30,490 bases of DNA. Origin: a virus (lineage: Duplodnaviria; Caudoviricetes). Shown piece after piece: positions 10,206 through 19,223 of the stretch (position 1 is its first letter; each line of letters begins with the position of its first letter). The notes below the pieces were generated by a model. That model searched no databases. It worked only from the letters and a program-made list of their open reading frames with translations, and was not told where the DNA came from. The stretch covers positions 1-30,490 of IMG/VR virus record IMGVR_UViG_3300010268_000007. One strand, given 5' to 3'. A program made the translations under genes and the position numbers.

Positions 10206-10768
10206 TACAAATCAGCCTTTCTCATAACCTCATACTCATTGCGGTACGGGTCCAGCAGATGGGCGGCCAGGACGGCATACGGCGTTCCGTCGACGTCCAC
10301 AAGGCTGCCGGGCTGCAGTATCACCGGCTTGGGCGTTATAAGCACATAGCAGATTGAGGCGACGGCCATCGGCTCGAGCTGTTCGTGCCGGACATACTTT
10401 TCCGCCAGCGCGGCGGGAAAAGTCTTGCCTTTCGGAACCTTGTTCGCTTCGGCAGTGCAGCTCGCAATGTTCGCGGGTACGGCTGTGACCGTGAGATGGG
10501 CTCTATCTTTCGTTGGCTCGATTGAGGTTATAAGATGGTGCCGCCCCTGCCAATCGATGGCGTCAAACATCGAGAGATTCTGCCGGCGGATAGTAAACAC
10601 AACCGAGGACCTCGAGGCCGTTGCGTTAGCGGAGAATACTTTCCGGGTTTCCGACTGCTCAACGGCCGCCCAGGCCTTCCGCCGCACGGTCCAGGACCAG
10701 CCGGTGTCAGATTCGCTCAGTTCAAGGACGTATATAGGCTGATTGAGCTTTCCTGCATTAATGCCCAT
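10205..10768 (-). CDS. Head closure / head-tail adaptor (SPP1 gp16-like) with C-terminal extension
   Basis: INAGKLNQPI...WAAVE...FTIR motifs. Confidence 0.8.
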   Translation of the reverse strand: MGINAGKLNQPIYVLELSESDTGWSWTVRRKAWAAVEQSETRKVFSANATASRSSVVFTIRRQNLSMFDAIDWQGRHHLITSIEPTKDRAHLTVTAVPANIASCTAEANKVPKGKTFPAALAEKYVRHEQLEPMAVASICYVLITPKPVILQPGSLVDVDGTPYAVLAAHLLDPYRNEYEVMRKADL

Positions 10769-10772
10769 AACC

Positions 10773-10792
10773 GCCGGCGGAAGGCCGCCGGC
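10773..10792 (-). promoter_or_regulatory. 8-bp GC hairpin between the SD and the ATG of the head closure gene
   Basis: Minus strand AGGAGG-gg-GCCGGCGG-cctt-CCGCCGGC-ggtt-ATG. Confidence 0.65.
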
Positions 10793-10805
10793 CCCCTCCT
10801 TTCCT

Positions 10806-11150
10806 TTATGATGTCGTTGTGTCCGGATTGGACACCAATCCCTCCGTAAGCTTAAGCTGGGTCAGCATTCTACGGAAGACGGGATTCTCGGTTATCGCTG
10901 TGGCTTCCATATGGGTTCCTCTCCGGTCGTAGCCGTCAAGCACCAGTGCGTTAACAAGCAGGTCGTACTGCGCCTTGCGGCTCGTGCCTTCTTTCGGTTC
11001 CTTTATCCCGGCCTCCTCAAGATACCCGACGGCCGCAGCATAAAGGCTTTTTATAGTTGCTATGGTTTGCTCATCGGCCGCCTCTTCGGGGCCCAGCCGG
11101 CAGTAGGCTAAAAGCTCGGAAAGTCTCTCCTCGGATATTTCTACTGCCAT
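10806..11150 (-). CDS. Head-tail connector (gp6-like)
   Basis: LLAYCRL, YAAAVGYLEEAGI, YDRR and LTQLKL motifs; follows the capsid gene. Confidence 0.85.
   Translation of the reverse strand: MAVEISEERLSELLAYCRLGPEEAADEQTIATIKSLYAAAVGYLEEAGIKEPKEGTSRKAQYDLLVNALVLDGYDRRGTHMEATAITENPVFRRMLTQLKLTEGLVSNPDTTTS
10819..10835. repeat. Dispersed palindrome, copy 2 (GTGTCCGGATTGGACAC), at the 3' end of the connector gene
   Basis: Reverse complement of 10816-10837 matches 16621-16642 at 20 of 22 positions. Confidence 0.85.
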
Positions 11151-11155
11151 CACAA

Positions 11156-12400
11156 TCAGCCTTCAGCGGCCGGGATTGTCGCGACGACGAAGCTCTTGTC
11201 GACAACCAGGTTGCCGCCGACCATAACGTCGCCAAGGATGGTCAGCAGGCGCTCGCCGGCCTTGTAGCTCTCGTCGATTCGAATGGAATAATTGCCAAAG
11301 AGGCCGAGCTCGTAGGCAAGCGGATTTCCGTAGAGCATGGTCTGTATCGGCTTATCGCTCGCGGTCGTGCCTATGATGCTTGTCAGGCCGCTCGACAGCA
11401 CGAACGGGATTATGTAGCCGCCGTCCTTGATGACGCCCATGTTGGGATTGTTCTCGTTCGGCGTGATGTCGAACAGGCGCCTTTTCTCGTTTGTCCCTCT
11501 CAGCTCGCCGATAGCCTTGAGGTCCTTCTTGGTGCAGTAGAGCCATGCGGAGCCGCCGAGCTCGTTGTCGCCGCCGTAGGCGAAATAGAGCTCCATCAGG
11601 GTGTCGGCCGTAATAGAGTTGGCCTCGACGTCCACAGTGGCGTACATGATTTCTCCCTTGGTGTTCTTGGCAGTCTTGATGCCGTACATCTCGGGCGTCG
11701 CCTGTCCATCACCGTTGTAGATAAGCTCAGCCACCTTTTGGCGAAGCGCCTTCATAGCAAGAGAACGGATTTTAGCCTCATAGTTGGCAGGAGAGAGATT
11801 GGAAATGTTTCGGTCTACATAGGTTGTCACGTTGACCTCAAAAGGCGCGATTCTTGCAAAGCGCAGAACCGGGTCCGATTCGGCACGGAGCGTTCCGGCG
11901 AGTTCAGTCACCTTGCCCGCCTGAGCTTCCAGGCCCTCTTTTACATACGGCTCCAGTATCGCGCCGCAGCCTGTGAGGTCGACGACGCTGACCTGGTCGA
12001 TGATGGAGCTGACCGGGCTCAGCCTGTCGCGGATAAGAGTGCCGGCGCGGGTCGGTTCCACGAGGGTGCCGCTTCCGAGCGTCGTGGCGTTCGTAACCCG
12101 CATGACGCCGAAGGCAGCCAGCGTCTCCTCGATGCTATAGGTAATCGTGCCGCCCTTGCGGAGCGTCTCCGCGCGGGCTTCGGCAAGGTCCCTGACCTCT
12201 GCCGGCATCTTGTTTGCAGGCTCTAAAAAGCGCTCCTGCTCGTTAATGAGGTTTTCGATTCTCTGGATTTCCTCGTTGAGGGCCGTTACCTCGCCCATCT
12301 CCTTGTCGTAGGTTTCCTTGTTTCCCGCCTCGAGCGCGGCCTGGGCCGCGGTGAGATGGGTGGTGCGTTTGTTCTTAAGGTCGATAAGCTTGCGTCTCAT
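11156..12400 (-). CDS. Major capsid protein, HK97 fold
   Basis: Coiled-coil delta domain, IYNGDG motif, position after the protease. Confidence 0.93.
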   Translation of the reverse strand: MRRKLIDLKNKRTTHLTAAQAALEAGNKETYDKEMGEVTALNEEIQRIENLINEQERFLEPANKMPAEVRDLAEARAETLRKGGTITYSIEETLAAFGVMRVTNATTLGSGTLVEPTRAGTLIRDRLSPVSSIIDQVSVVDLTGCGAILEPYVKEGLEAQAGKVTELAGTLRAESDPVLRFARIAPFEVNVTTYVDRNISNLSPANYEAKIRSLAMKALRQKVAELIYNGDGQATPEMYGIKTAKNTKGEIMYATVDVEANSITADTLMELYFAYGGDNELGGSAWLYCTKKDLKAIGELRGTNEKRRLFDITPNENNPNMGVIKDGGYIIPFVLSSGLTSIIGTTASDKPIQTMLYGNPLAYELGLFGNYSIRIDESYKAGERLLTILGDVMVGGNLVVDKSFVVATIPAAEG

Positions 12401-12416
12401 TTCTCCTCATCCTTTC

Positions 12417-13202
12417 TTAAAATCTTAATTTTTCGATGTTGAGCCAGGCCCGAGCTCGAGCCCGCCACCCATCGTTATCTTCTGCGGCTTTTTCTGCCGC
12501 CGTATCACATGTTTTGCCCTCGCCGAGTACAACCGGCTGCTCCTTGGCCTTCAGCCGGTTGTACTCGGCGCGTAGCTGCTCCGGGTCCGGCAGCCCTGTT
12601 CCGGAGTTGATAAGAGAGCGGATACCGCCGCCGACGGCGTTTACGATGCTGTTTGGGAGCACAAATCCGTCGTCCTGGTAAAGGATGCCGTCGGCCAAAC
12701 CTATCTCGACGGCCTGCTGGGCGGTCAGCCAGGTTTCCGAGTTCATCATAGCCTCAAGCTGCGCCCTGGCCGTCTTACCCCTGCACTTTGTCTCATAGCC
12801 GTTGAGTATTGATTCTTTAAACGACTTCAAAATCCGCAGGCTTGTCTTATGGGCGTTTTCATTGCCGTATGTGGAAGTTAACGGCAGATGCATCATAATC
12901 TGTGCGACCGGGGATACGTAGACTTTCGTACAGCCGGCTATCATCGTCGAGGCTGCCGAAGCGGCAATTGATTGGACCTCGGCAATTGTAGTAATTGGCG
13001 CCGATTTGAGCACGGTGAACATCTCAAAGCCTGGGATAACCGAGCCGCCGGCGGAATTGACCTCAAGGATGAGGTCCTCGCCTTCCGGATTTTCCTCAAT
13101 TGCCTTCCTTATCGTTGCCGGAGAAAAGACGCTGTAGCCGAAAAACCGGTATAGCTCGACAACGTCATCCGACACTATGTAACCGTTTAGGGCTACCCTC
13201 AC
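12417..13202 (-). CDS. ClpP-type prohead maturation protease
   Basis: NSAGGSV, AASAAS, IMMH and ETWLTAQQAVEIGLAD motifs. Confidence 0.95.
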   Translation of the reverse strand: MRVALNGYIVSDDVVELYRFFGYSVFSPATIRKAIEENPEGEDLILEVNSAGGSVIPGFEMFTVLKSAPITTIAEVQSIAASAASTMIAGCTKVYVSPVAQIMMHLPLTSTYGNENAHKTSLRILKSFKESILNGYETKCRGKTARAQLEAMMNSETWLTAQQAVEIGLADGILYQDDGFVLPNSIVNAVGGGIRSLINSGTGLPDPEQLRAEYNRLKAKEQPVVLGEGKTCDTAAEKAAEDNDGWRARARAWLNIEKLRF

Positions 13203-14476
13203 TTATTTGAACCTCCTTTTTCTGCTCTTATCACGCTGAGCTCCGCCCACTTTGACAGCGGCCCGTAGTTCCAGCTCGCGTAGCGTTCGTCTCCGCCTTC
13301 CACGTCGGGCATGTCCTCCAGGGCGCGTATCTCGTTGACGGAGAACACGCTGATTTCGCGCATAGTTTTGTACCAGTTGCTGCGGCTGTTAACATCGCCT
13401 TTGAGCTCGGCCATCATGTTTATTCTGATTTCGAGGCCGGAGTCGATTTCCGAGTCCGGCAGCAACTTCCATGTCCGCTCCTCCTCGTATTGGGTGACGA
13501 TGGGGTGCAGTGTGGAGACGACGTACTCGATAGCGTTCTGCTCATTGGAGTTATAAGATTGCTTCCCAGCCTGCAGTTTGTAGAGGGGCACGCCGAAAAA
13601 GCGCGCGATATCCTGCACCGAGATATCCAGTCGCTCGACGAACTGCGCGTCCTGGTTCGATATCGCAATTGGCTGATATTTGAGCCCCAAATCAAGAATC
13701 GCGGTCCGGTGCGCGTTATTCGGCCCGGCATAGAACTTCTCCCACTCGCGGCGGATGTACTCTTTCTTGGATATCTTGATTTTCTGGCCGTCGCTGGTTG
13801 GGATTTCGACTTCGCCGCTGAGGTCGGCGTCGACCTGCAGCACCCCTGAGGGCTGCGCGCCGTTCCGGTAGAAATTAAGGTCGTAGGTCTGCGCGGCCCT
13901 TCCGGCCTCGATGACTTCCGAGGCCCGCCGCAGCACCGAAATCCCAATAAAGCCGTCGTGGCTGTAGGCCTTGAAGTGCATGATGTCGGTGCTCGGAAGC
14001 CGCATCATGTCTCCCCGCCAGGGATGAATTACGTCGTACCAGACGCGGCCGTTTACATCTCTCCAGGGCCGCACCAGCTCGGCCGGGATTGGTATAAGCT
14101 CCACGGGCCGGCCGCTCCTCGGGTCGCGAATTATCCAGTCGTAGGAGTTGCCGTGCGTCAGGCGGTTTGCTTCGAGCATTTTTTTGTGGACGCTCGGCGT
14201 CATGGCCTCGTTCGGCCGGATATTGAGTAGCTTGTTCAGCGGATGGTTGTCGACACGCTTCCGATTATTTCTGTCCCATAAATAGTAGGGCAGCTTGCTC
14301 ATTGAGTCCGATAGGACCTCGATGCAGCGGTTAACCGCCGAGAGCTTCATCGCCGCCTGCTCGCTGCACGACTCGAAATTCACCGCCGGCAGCGCCGCGG
14401 CCGAAGTGACAGAAGCTGTGTTAACATTAAGCACGGTATGAGGCCGCCTGATTGCATCAAGAAGTATGGTCATCAC
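13199..14476 (-). CDS. Portal protein, HK97 family
   Basis: LLNIRPNEAMT, DIARFFGVP, SYNSNEQ and NEIRALEDM motifs. Confidence 0.96.
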   Translation of the reverse strand: MMTILLDAIRRPHTVLNVNTASVTSAAALPAVNFESCSEQAAMKLSAVNRCIEVLSDSMSKLPYYLWDRNNRKRVDNHPLNKLLNIRPNEAMTPSVHKKMLEANRLTHGNSYDWIIRDPRSGRPVELIPIPAELVRPWRDVNGRVWYDVIHPWRGDMMRLPSTDIMHFKAYSHDGFIGISVLRRASEVIEAGRAAQTYDLNFYRNGAQPSGVLQVDADLSGEVEIPTSDGQKIKISKKEYIRREWEKFYAGPNNAHRTAILDLGLKYQPIAISNQDAQFVERLDISVQDIARFFGVPLYKLQAGKQSYNSNEQNAIEYVVSTLHPIVTQYEEERTWKLLPDSEIDSGLEIRINMMAELKGDVNSRSNWYKTMREISVFSVNEIRALEDMPDVEGGDERYASWNYGPLSKWAELSVIRAEKGGSNK

Positions 14477-14642
14477 CTCCCATTACCAGCAGGAAGGCAA
14501 TCCCGCAGGCGCAGAGGCCGCCGACGATAATGCCAGCCGGCAGATAAATAAGGCCGAAACCGAAACTTATCGCCGCAGCTCCCAGCAGCAGGAGCACATC
14601 CGAAAGGGTACTCCTCGTTTTCTCGTTTAATTTCCTCTTCAT
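14457..14642 (-). CDS. Small two-helix membrane protein between terminase and portal
   Basis: Hydrophobic 61 aa, GLIYLPAGIIVGG; GGAGG SD; overlaps the portal start. Confidence 0.75.
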   Translation of the reverse strand: MKRKLNEKTRSTLSDVLLLLGAAAISFGFGLIYLPAGIIVGGLCACGIAFLLVMGGDDHTS

Positions 14643-14676
14643 AAAGCCTCCCCTCAGCCCAGCGTCAAGAACCGAG

Positions 14677-16482
14677 CTATAAGGTGTAGTTTCCGCGCTC
14701 GATGGCTTCCGAAAGCGTTATTTTATCCCGCTTTACCAGCACCCTGGCCAGGGCGTTCATCATCGCCGCGACCGGGTCGATGCGTTTTGAATCATCCTTG
14801 TGCTTCTTGTTAAGCTTCACATCGCCGAAATTGTTCTGGACTTCGACCGCATTTGCTAGGCACCACATGAACAGCGGGCTTTCCTCCAGCACCAGCTTGC
14901 TCTGAAGCAGCAGCTCGCGGAAGCCCTTAACCGCCAGGTTCTGGCCGGCGCAGGTTTGAGGAATTTCCACGCAGAAATCCTCGTTGTTACGCTCGGTGCA
15001 CAGCTTTATTGCGAGATCCGTGGCATTGTGCCCGTCATAATCCACTTCGTCTACCTTCCAGTTGTGGAGCCTTTCGCCGTCGCATATCCATTTCTCGACG
15101 TAGCTGTTGTCCGTAACGTCGCCCGGGGTGAGTGTGCAATAGCCGGCTTTCGCCCAGGCTATATAAGGCACCCGGTCGGTATGCTCGTGCCGTGTCGCGC
15201 CGTTTTCCGGCATGAAGCCGTGAACCTTAATAGCAACCCGCCCGTCGGGCAGGTTGAATACAGCCGCGACGCCGGACAAGTCCACGCGCTTGCCGAGATC
15301 GAAACCGATATGGCAATGTAAGCCGTCGGTTAAAGCTGCGAATTCTTCGCGGCTTACCTGCGCCGCCCTGGCTAAGGCCATCTGCTCCTCGGTGAGATAG
15401 CTGTTCACGCTGGCCGCTTGCCAGAGACAGCAGCGGCGGGTAAGAAACTTACGGATTTTTTCCTGGTCTCCTGAGGCGTAAGCTGTGTTATGCTCGGCGA
15501 TGATTTCGTCCAGGAGGTACTTTGAATACTCGTTCGGGTACCTGAGCACCGGGTTTGCCTTGAGCCAGTTTTTCGGGTCGTGCGGATCGTCGCCTTCGTC
15601 CAGCTCCCGGATCATGATGAAGATTCTATCCTCTCTGATGCTCGGGTCTGTCAGTACCCGCTTGTAGTAGAGCTCGTCAAAGTAACAGGGCTTGTTCTCA
15701 GCGTCGTCGCCGGCCGTTGTAATTACATCGAGCAGAGACTGCACTCGCTTGCCGAAACCGGACCGGCCTATATCATAGATCTCGCGAGTCTTATGCGCGT
15801 GGAACTCGTCGACGCAGAAGTAGGAGGGGGCTCCCGAGTCTTTGTTTTCAGTGGTTTTGGACAAAGCCCGCATGAATCCGCCGCGAGTCCGGTGAACCAC
15901 CGGATTTGATCTCGGAATGATAAGCCTTTTGGCGATGTTCGGAGAGGCCCTGGCTATCTTTTTCGCGTCGCCGAATACGCGCATCGCCTGTCCTCGGTCG
16001 ACCGCCGCGCATTCCACCTCGGGCTCCTGCTCAAAGACCGCGAGTTCCGGCTTGTAGGGCGGGTAGTAGCAGTCGGCGCACATATGATAGAGGCATTTCG
16101 CAGCATTTTCTGTTGACTTGAGATTGCCTCTGGCTCTCTTGTTGTAGCTTACGATAAAGCGCCTGGCGCCTGTCTCCATATGAACCCAGCCGTATAGGCA
16201 GCCCTGGTCGAATATCTGCCACGGCTGCGGCTCGATAGGCTGCCCCTGGTAGACGCCGCGGACCTGAACACATTGTTTGAACCACCGGATTATCCTGTCC
16301 GCCCTGGTCGTATCGAAGACATAAGGGAAATCCTTTGTTCCCTGCCGTTTCAGGTCGTCCAGGTGCCGCTGGCAGGCGAGTATCTCGTACTTGCAGCACT
16401 TGTCCCGGAGCTTCCCCTGGGTCACCTGCTTTGCGTAAACGGACACCGGATGGTGAAGACCCGACTTCCACCTAGTCGCCAA
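14677..16482 (-). CDS. terL: Terminase large subunit
   Basis: Walker A-like ARGNLKS, Walker B VDEFHAH, ITTAG, GFDLG and RIDPVAA motifs; probable TTG start at 16482. Confidence 0.95.
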   Translation of the reverse strand: MATRWKSGLHHPVSVYAKQVTQGKLRDKCCKYEILACQRHLDDLKRQGTKDFPYVFDTTRADRIIRWFKQCVQVRGVYQGQPIEPQPWQIFDQGCLYGWVHMETGARRFIVSYNKRARGNLKSTENAAKCLYHMCADCYYPPYKPELAVFEQEPEVECAAVDRGQAMRVFGDAKKIARASPNIAKRLIIPRSNPVVHRTRGGFMRALSKTTENKDSGAPSYFCVDEFHAHKTREIYDIGRSGFGKRVQSLLDVITTAGDDAENKPCYFDELYYKRVLTDPSIREDRIFIMIRELDEGDDPHDPKNWLKANPVLRYPNEYSKYLLDEIIAEHNTAYASGDQEKIRKFLTRRCCLWQAASVNSYLTEEQMALARAAQVSREEFAALTDGLHCHIGFDLGKRVDLSGVAAVFNLPDGRVAIKVHGFMPENGATRHEHTDRVPYIAWAKAGYCTLTPGDVTDNSYVEKWICDGERLHNWKVDEVDYDGHNATDLAIKLCTERNNEDFCVEIPQTCAGQNLAVKGFRELLLQSKLVLEESPLFMWCLANAVEVQNNFGDVKLNKKHKDDSKRIDPVAAMMNALARVLVKRDKITLSEAIERGNYTL

Positions 16483-16981
16483 ACAAATCACCGTCCGGGT
16501 CGGCCGCCATGGCCGTCTCCGCACGTTTCTGCGCCAGCCGGACTCGCCCCGTCGGTGTGAGCCCGAGTTTATCTGCATACGACAGCAGATTGCGCTCGAG
16601 TGTCTGAAGCTTCGCGGTTATGGTGTCCAATTTGGACACAACCTCGAGTATCTTGTTCGGGTCGACATCCTTTTCGGCCAACGTCTCCATCAGCTGGTTT
16701 GAAATCGATATCCACTGGTCCCGGCGGGCGAGCATGGAGCAATAGCCGGCGAGCATTTCGCTGTCCAAGTCGTCCAAGATTGCAAGCCCCTCCATGCGCT
16801 TGATGATGTCGCGCCAGTATTTGGACGCTGTCTTGTTGTTCTTGATAAACTTGGGCTTCGACAGCTTAGCCTCGCGTCCGCGGTCCGGCAGAACCTCCTG
16901 CTCCGCCGCGCTCCTGGCCTCGATTTCAGCCTTTGTCAGGTTTTTGCTCATGTTTTCAAGCGTCCTGGACGGTGTCGGCAT
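16472..16981 (-). CDS. terS: Terminase small subunit, P27-like
   Basis: NLTKAEIEAR, LDDLD...LAGYC and LGLTPTGRVRL motifs. Confidence 0.9.
   Translation of the reverse strand: MPTPSRTLENMSKNLTKAEIEARSAAEQEVLPDRGREAKLSKPKFIKNNKTASKYWRDIIKRMEGLAILDDLDSEMLAGYCSMLARRDQWISISNQLMETLAEKDVDPNKILEVVSKLDTITAKLQTLERNLLSYADKLGLTPTGRVRLAQKRAETAMAADPDGDLFGD
16623..16639. repeat. Dispersed palindrome, copy 3 (GTGTCCAATTTGGACAC), inside terS
   Basis: Exact match to copies 1 and 4. Confidence 0.9.
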
Positions 16982-16989
16982 AATTGCTC

Positions 16990-17250
16990 ATCTCCTTTCC
17001 CTCGAAATTCCCGATTTGCAGTTCCCTCCGTTGCCCTTCCCGCGCCGGCAGGGGCCCCAAAAATCCTGATGGGGGAATTTTTCTCGCGTCCGAGTCGGCC
17101 CACGGTTTTATGTCAAACCAGAGAAATTTTCTCGGGGTGGGGGGAGGGTCCGGGAAATCCTTCGGATTTCCTCACACACGTGCGCCCCCGCGTGCTCTTG
17201 CGCGTGTGGCCGTGCGCGCAGGCGCGCGGACGTAGCTTCAGCGCTCTCGG
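16990..17250. other. Probable cos/packaging region
   Basis: Non-coding gap between HNH and terS with G runs, two AATTTT(T)CTCG repeats (~17076 and ~17125) and purine-pyrimidine alternating tracts; usual location of cos in HNH-assisted phages; cut site not determined. Confidence 0.55.
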
Positions 17251-17256
17251 CGCGCA

Positions 17257-17628
17257 TCAAATCTGGGCGATTTTTGAACGTCTTTCGTTCAACTCCCGCA
17301 TGGTTTTTGCGTTGTGGTGATACTCGCAGAGGCTTTGAAAATTCGATGGGTCAATAAACAGCCCCCAATCACCGCGATGAGGAACAATATGGTCGACGAC
17401 GTTGGCCCGGACTCTCTTGCCTTCTTTAGCGCACTCCCGGCAAAAAGGCTCTCGAAGAAGCTGCCTCGGCCGGAGTTCTTCCTTCCACAGCTTCGTCTCA
17501 TACATCCAATGCCAGTCGGTACTCTCCTTCCGCTCCTGCGGCTTTGGCTTATGCTTCTCACACCAGCCCTCACGAGTAACCTCCGCGCATCCCGGATGTC
17601 TGCACGGTCTCAGCGGCTTGCTGGCCAT
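17257..17628 (-). CDS. HNH endonuclease, terminase-associated (HK97 gp74-like)
   Basis: CRHPGC, CREC, VVDHIVPHRGD and NFQSLCEYHHNAKT motifs. Confidence 0.93.
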   Translation of the reverse strand: MASKPLRPCRHPGCAEVTREGWCEKHKPKPQERKESTDWHWMYETKLWKEELRPRQLLREPFCRECAKEGKRVRANVVDHIVPHRGDWGLFIDPSNFQSLCEYHHNAKTMRELNERRSKIAQI

Positions 17629-17646
17629 ACGTTCTTACCTCCCGGC

Positions 17647-17705
17647 CAAAAAACAAAGCCGGGACCAATCACCGCACCCATCAGGGTTTGGTCATTGGCC
17701 CCGGC
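17647..17705 (-). terminator. Long hairpin plus U tract at the head of the late operon (terminator or attenuator)
   Basis: GCCGGGGCCAAT/ATTGGTCCCGGC 12-bp stem (one G-U) followed by TTTGTTTTTTG. Confidence 0.7.
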
Positions 17706-17889
17706 TCTCAAAGCACTGGCCCATTTTGATGTCCACCGAGTATTCGGTTTTACAGCGCCGGCAGTATATTATCAGCTTCTCGGCTCTGGTATCCTGCCTG
17801 ACCTGCATCAGCTTCGCGCGGCAGGTCGGGCAGCGGACAAATCCATCTATCACTGGCAAAATTTTACCACAACATCTTGTGCTTTTCAA
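17692..17889 (-). CDS. Small zinc-ribbon protein (Cys-rich KTR / Mu Com-like)
   Basis: CPTC...CRRCKT; start uncertain (TTG 17889 preferred, 17904 or GTG 17853 possible). Confidence 0.7.
   Translation of the reverse strand: MKSTRCCGKILPVIDGFVRCPTCRAKLMQVRQDTRAEKLIIYCRRCKTEYSVDIKMGQCFESRGQ
17861..17889 (-). promoter_or_regulatory. Sigma-A-type promoter facing the late genes
   Basis: TTGAAA-17 bp-TAAAAT with extended -10 TG. Confidence 0.6.
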
Positions 17890-17959
17890 GCTTTTTACCC
17901 CCAAATGCCTGAATTAATCAGAAAATATACATTGTTCCAAGGCTGAAAATTTATTGGCT

Positions 17960-18712
17960 CTATTTTCTTTTTTGCTTCGGCCTTACCCGTACAGCCTTGG
18001 GTTCTTCCGGCAAAAGATATTCGATGTAGCAGAATCGCCCCCATTCGTTCTCTATTGATTCTCTATATAAAACGTACGCATTAACCGGCGGCTCCAATCG
18101 CATATTGCCGTCCACCCAAACAGTTGGGGAAACCTCCGGCTTTTTCAGATTCAGCGAAGGCACCCAGGTCCTTGCTCCCACCTTTATATGGCCATACTCC
18201 CTGACCTCCTTGGTGAGGTACTTGGCGAGCTCCTCGTAGCCGAAAGTGTCTATCGGCGCAATATGGATGTCGGTGCCATAATTCCAAAGCTTATATATCA
18301 CTTCATAATCGGCGCCGGTTCCGTTGAGAACAATATGATGGTGTATTCGGCCGTCGCCGTGCTTATCTTCAATGCAATAGATATATTTGAGTTCTTCGCC
18401 CTTAGAGCGGCGATAAGCCCTCAGCTGCGCTAAAAACTTTTTGAGCAGCTTCCGGGCTTCCTCTCGGTCCCGAGGCAGGTGGTCGACGTCATATGTAAGC
18501 GTGACCATAATGTCTTTGAAATCGAAATTGGCGGCCAATGTCATCTTTAGCTTCTGCCAACTGTACTTGTCGTTCAACCGCTGCCTGGCGGCGCTGCTGC
18601 ACTTAGATTTTTCGGCTCTTGCTTTGGGTGTGTCATTAGGAAATGGCGACGACCACAATGCCTCTCTTACCAGCCGCCCGGCTTTTATTCTTTTGAACCG
18701 TTGCTTGGCCAC
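17960..18712 (-). CDS. HUH-superfamily endonuclease (rolling-circle Rep-like)
   Basis: Motif I VTLTY, motif II RIHHHIVL, motif III LAKYLTKE. Confidence 0.8.
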   Translation of the reverse strand: MAKQRFKRIKAGRLVREALWSSPFPNDTPKARAEKSKCSSAARQRLNDKYSWQKLKMTLAANFDFKDIMVTLTYDVDHLPRDREEARKLLKKFLAQLRAYRRSKGEELKYIYCIEDKHGDGRIHHHIVLNGTGADYEVIYKLWNYGTDIHIAPIDTFGYEELAKYLTKEVREYGHIKVGARTWVPSLNLKKPEVSPTVWVDGNMRLEPPVNAYVLYRESIENEWGRFCYIEYLLPEEPKAVRVRPKQKRK

Positions 18713-18774
18713 AGGGGCCGTCTCCTCCTTTACGGCCCCTAGGGCTCTATGGTTATAATGATTGGGGTGATTAA

Positions 18775-18972
18775 ATGAAAATTGACTCTCTCGAGCAATG
18801 GGCGCGTCTATCCTCCAAGCTTGCCGAGGAAGGATATATGCTCTGGCAATGGCAGTCCAAGTATGACGAGCCCGAGGGCTTCCATGCCCATTTCGGCGCT
18901 TCCGGGAAACCGGATATTGAAGTCATCACGTTTTCTAAAGAAGTCCAGGAAGCGATTGTCAACTATCGATAA
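18775..18972 (+). CDS. Small hypothetical protein, opposite orientation to its neighbours
   Basis: TATAAT at 18754-18759 and GGGGTG SD; fills the gap between two minus-strand genes. Confidence 0.65.
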   Translation: MKIDSLEQWARLSSKLAEEGYMLWQWQSKYDEPEGFHAHFGASGKPDIEVITFSKEVQEAIVNYR

Positions 18973-18981
18973 AACCGAAAC

Positions 18982-19206
18982 TTATCTCAACAATGAGCTC
19001 GGCTGCTTTGTTATGCCGCAGACCGGGCAAATATAGTCTGACGGCTTCATAGTGCCAGCTTCCAGCTCTTTCAGCGCTCGCTCGAAAAACATGCGCAGCT
19101 TTGTTTCTCTATCTAGCTCCATCTTCAACCTCTCCACCTCGTCATGCAAGGTAGGTGGTGGAGAAGGCGGTGGTGTCGGCTTCTTCGGAGGCCTTGATTT
19201 CGGCAT
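18982..19206 (-). CDS. Hypothetical protein (Pro-rich N-terminus, CPVC)
   Basis: ORF in operon orientation with a plausible SD. Confidence 0.55.
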   Translation of the reverse strand: MPKSRPPKKPTPPPSPPPTLHDEVERLKMELDRETKLRMFFERALKELEAGTMKPSDYICPVCGITKQPSSLLR

Positions 19207-19223
19207 TTATACTCACTTCCTTC

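Noticed and set aside
11057-12226. 389-aa plus-strand ORF and other long antisense ORFs in the structural region
   Set aside because: Shadows of GC-rich minus-strand genes, with no recognisable motifs
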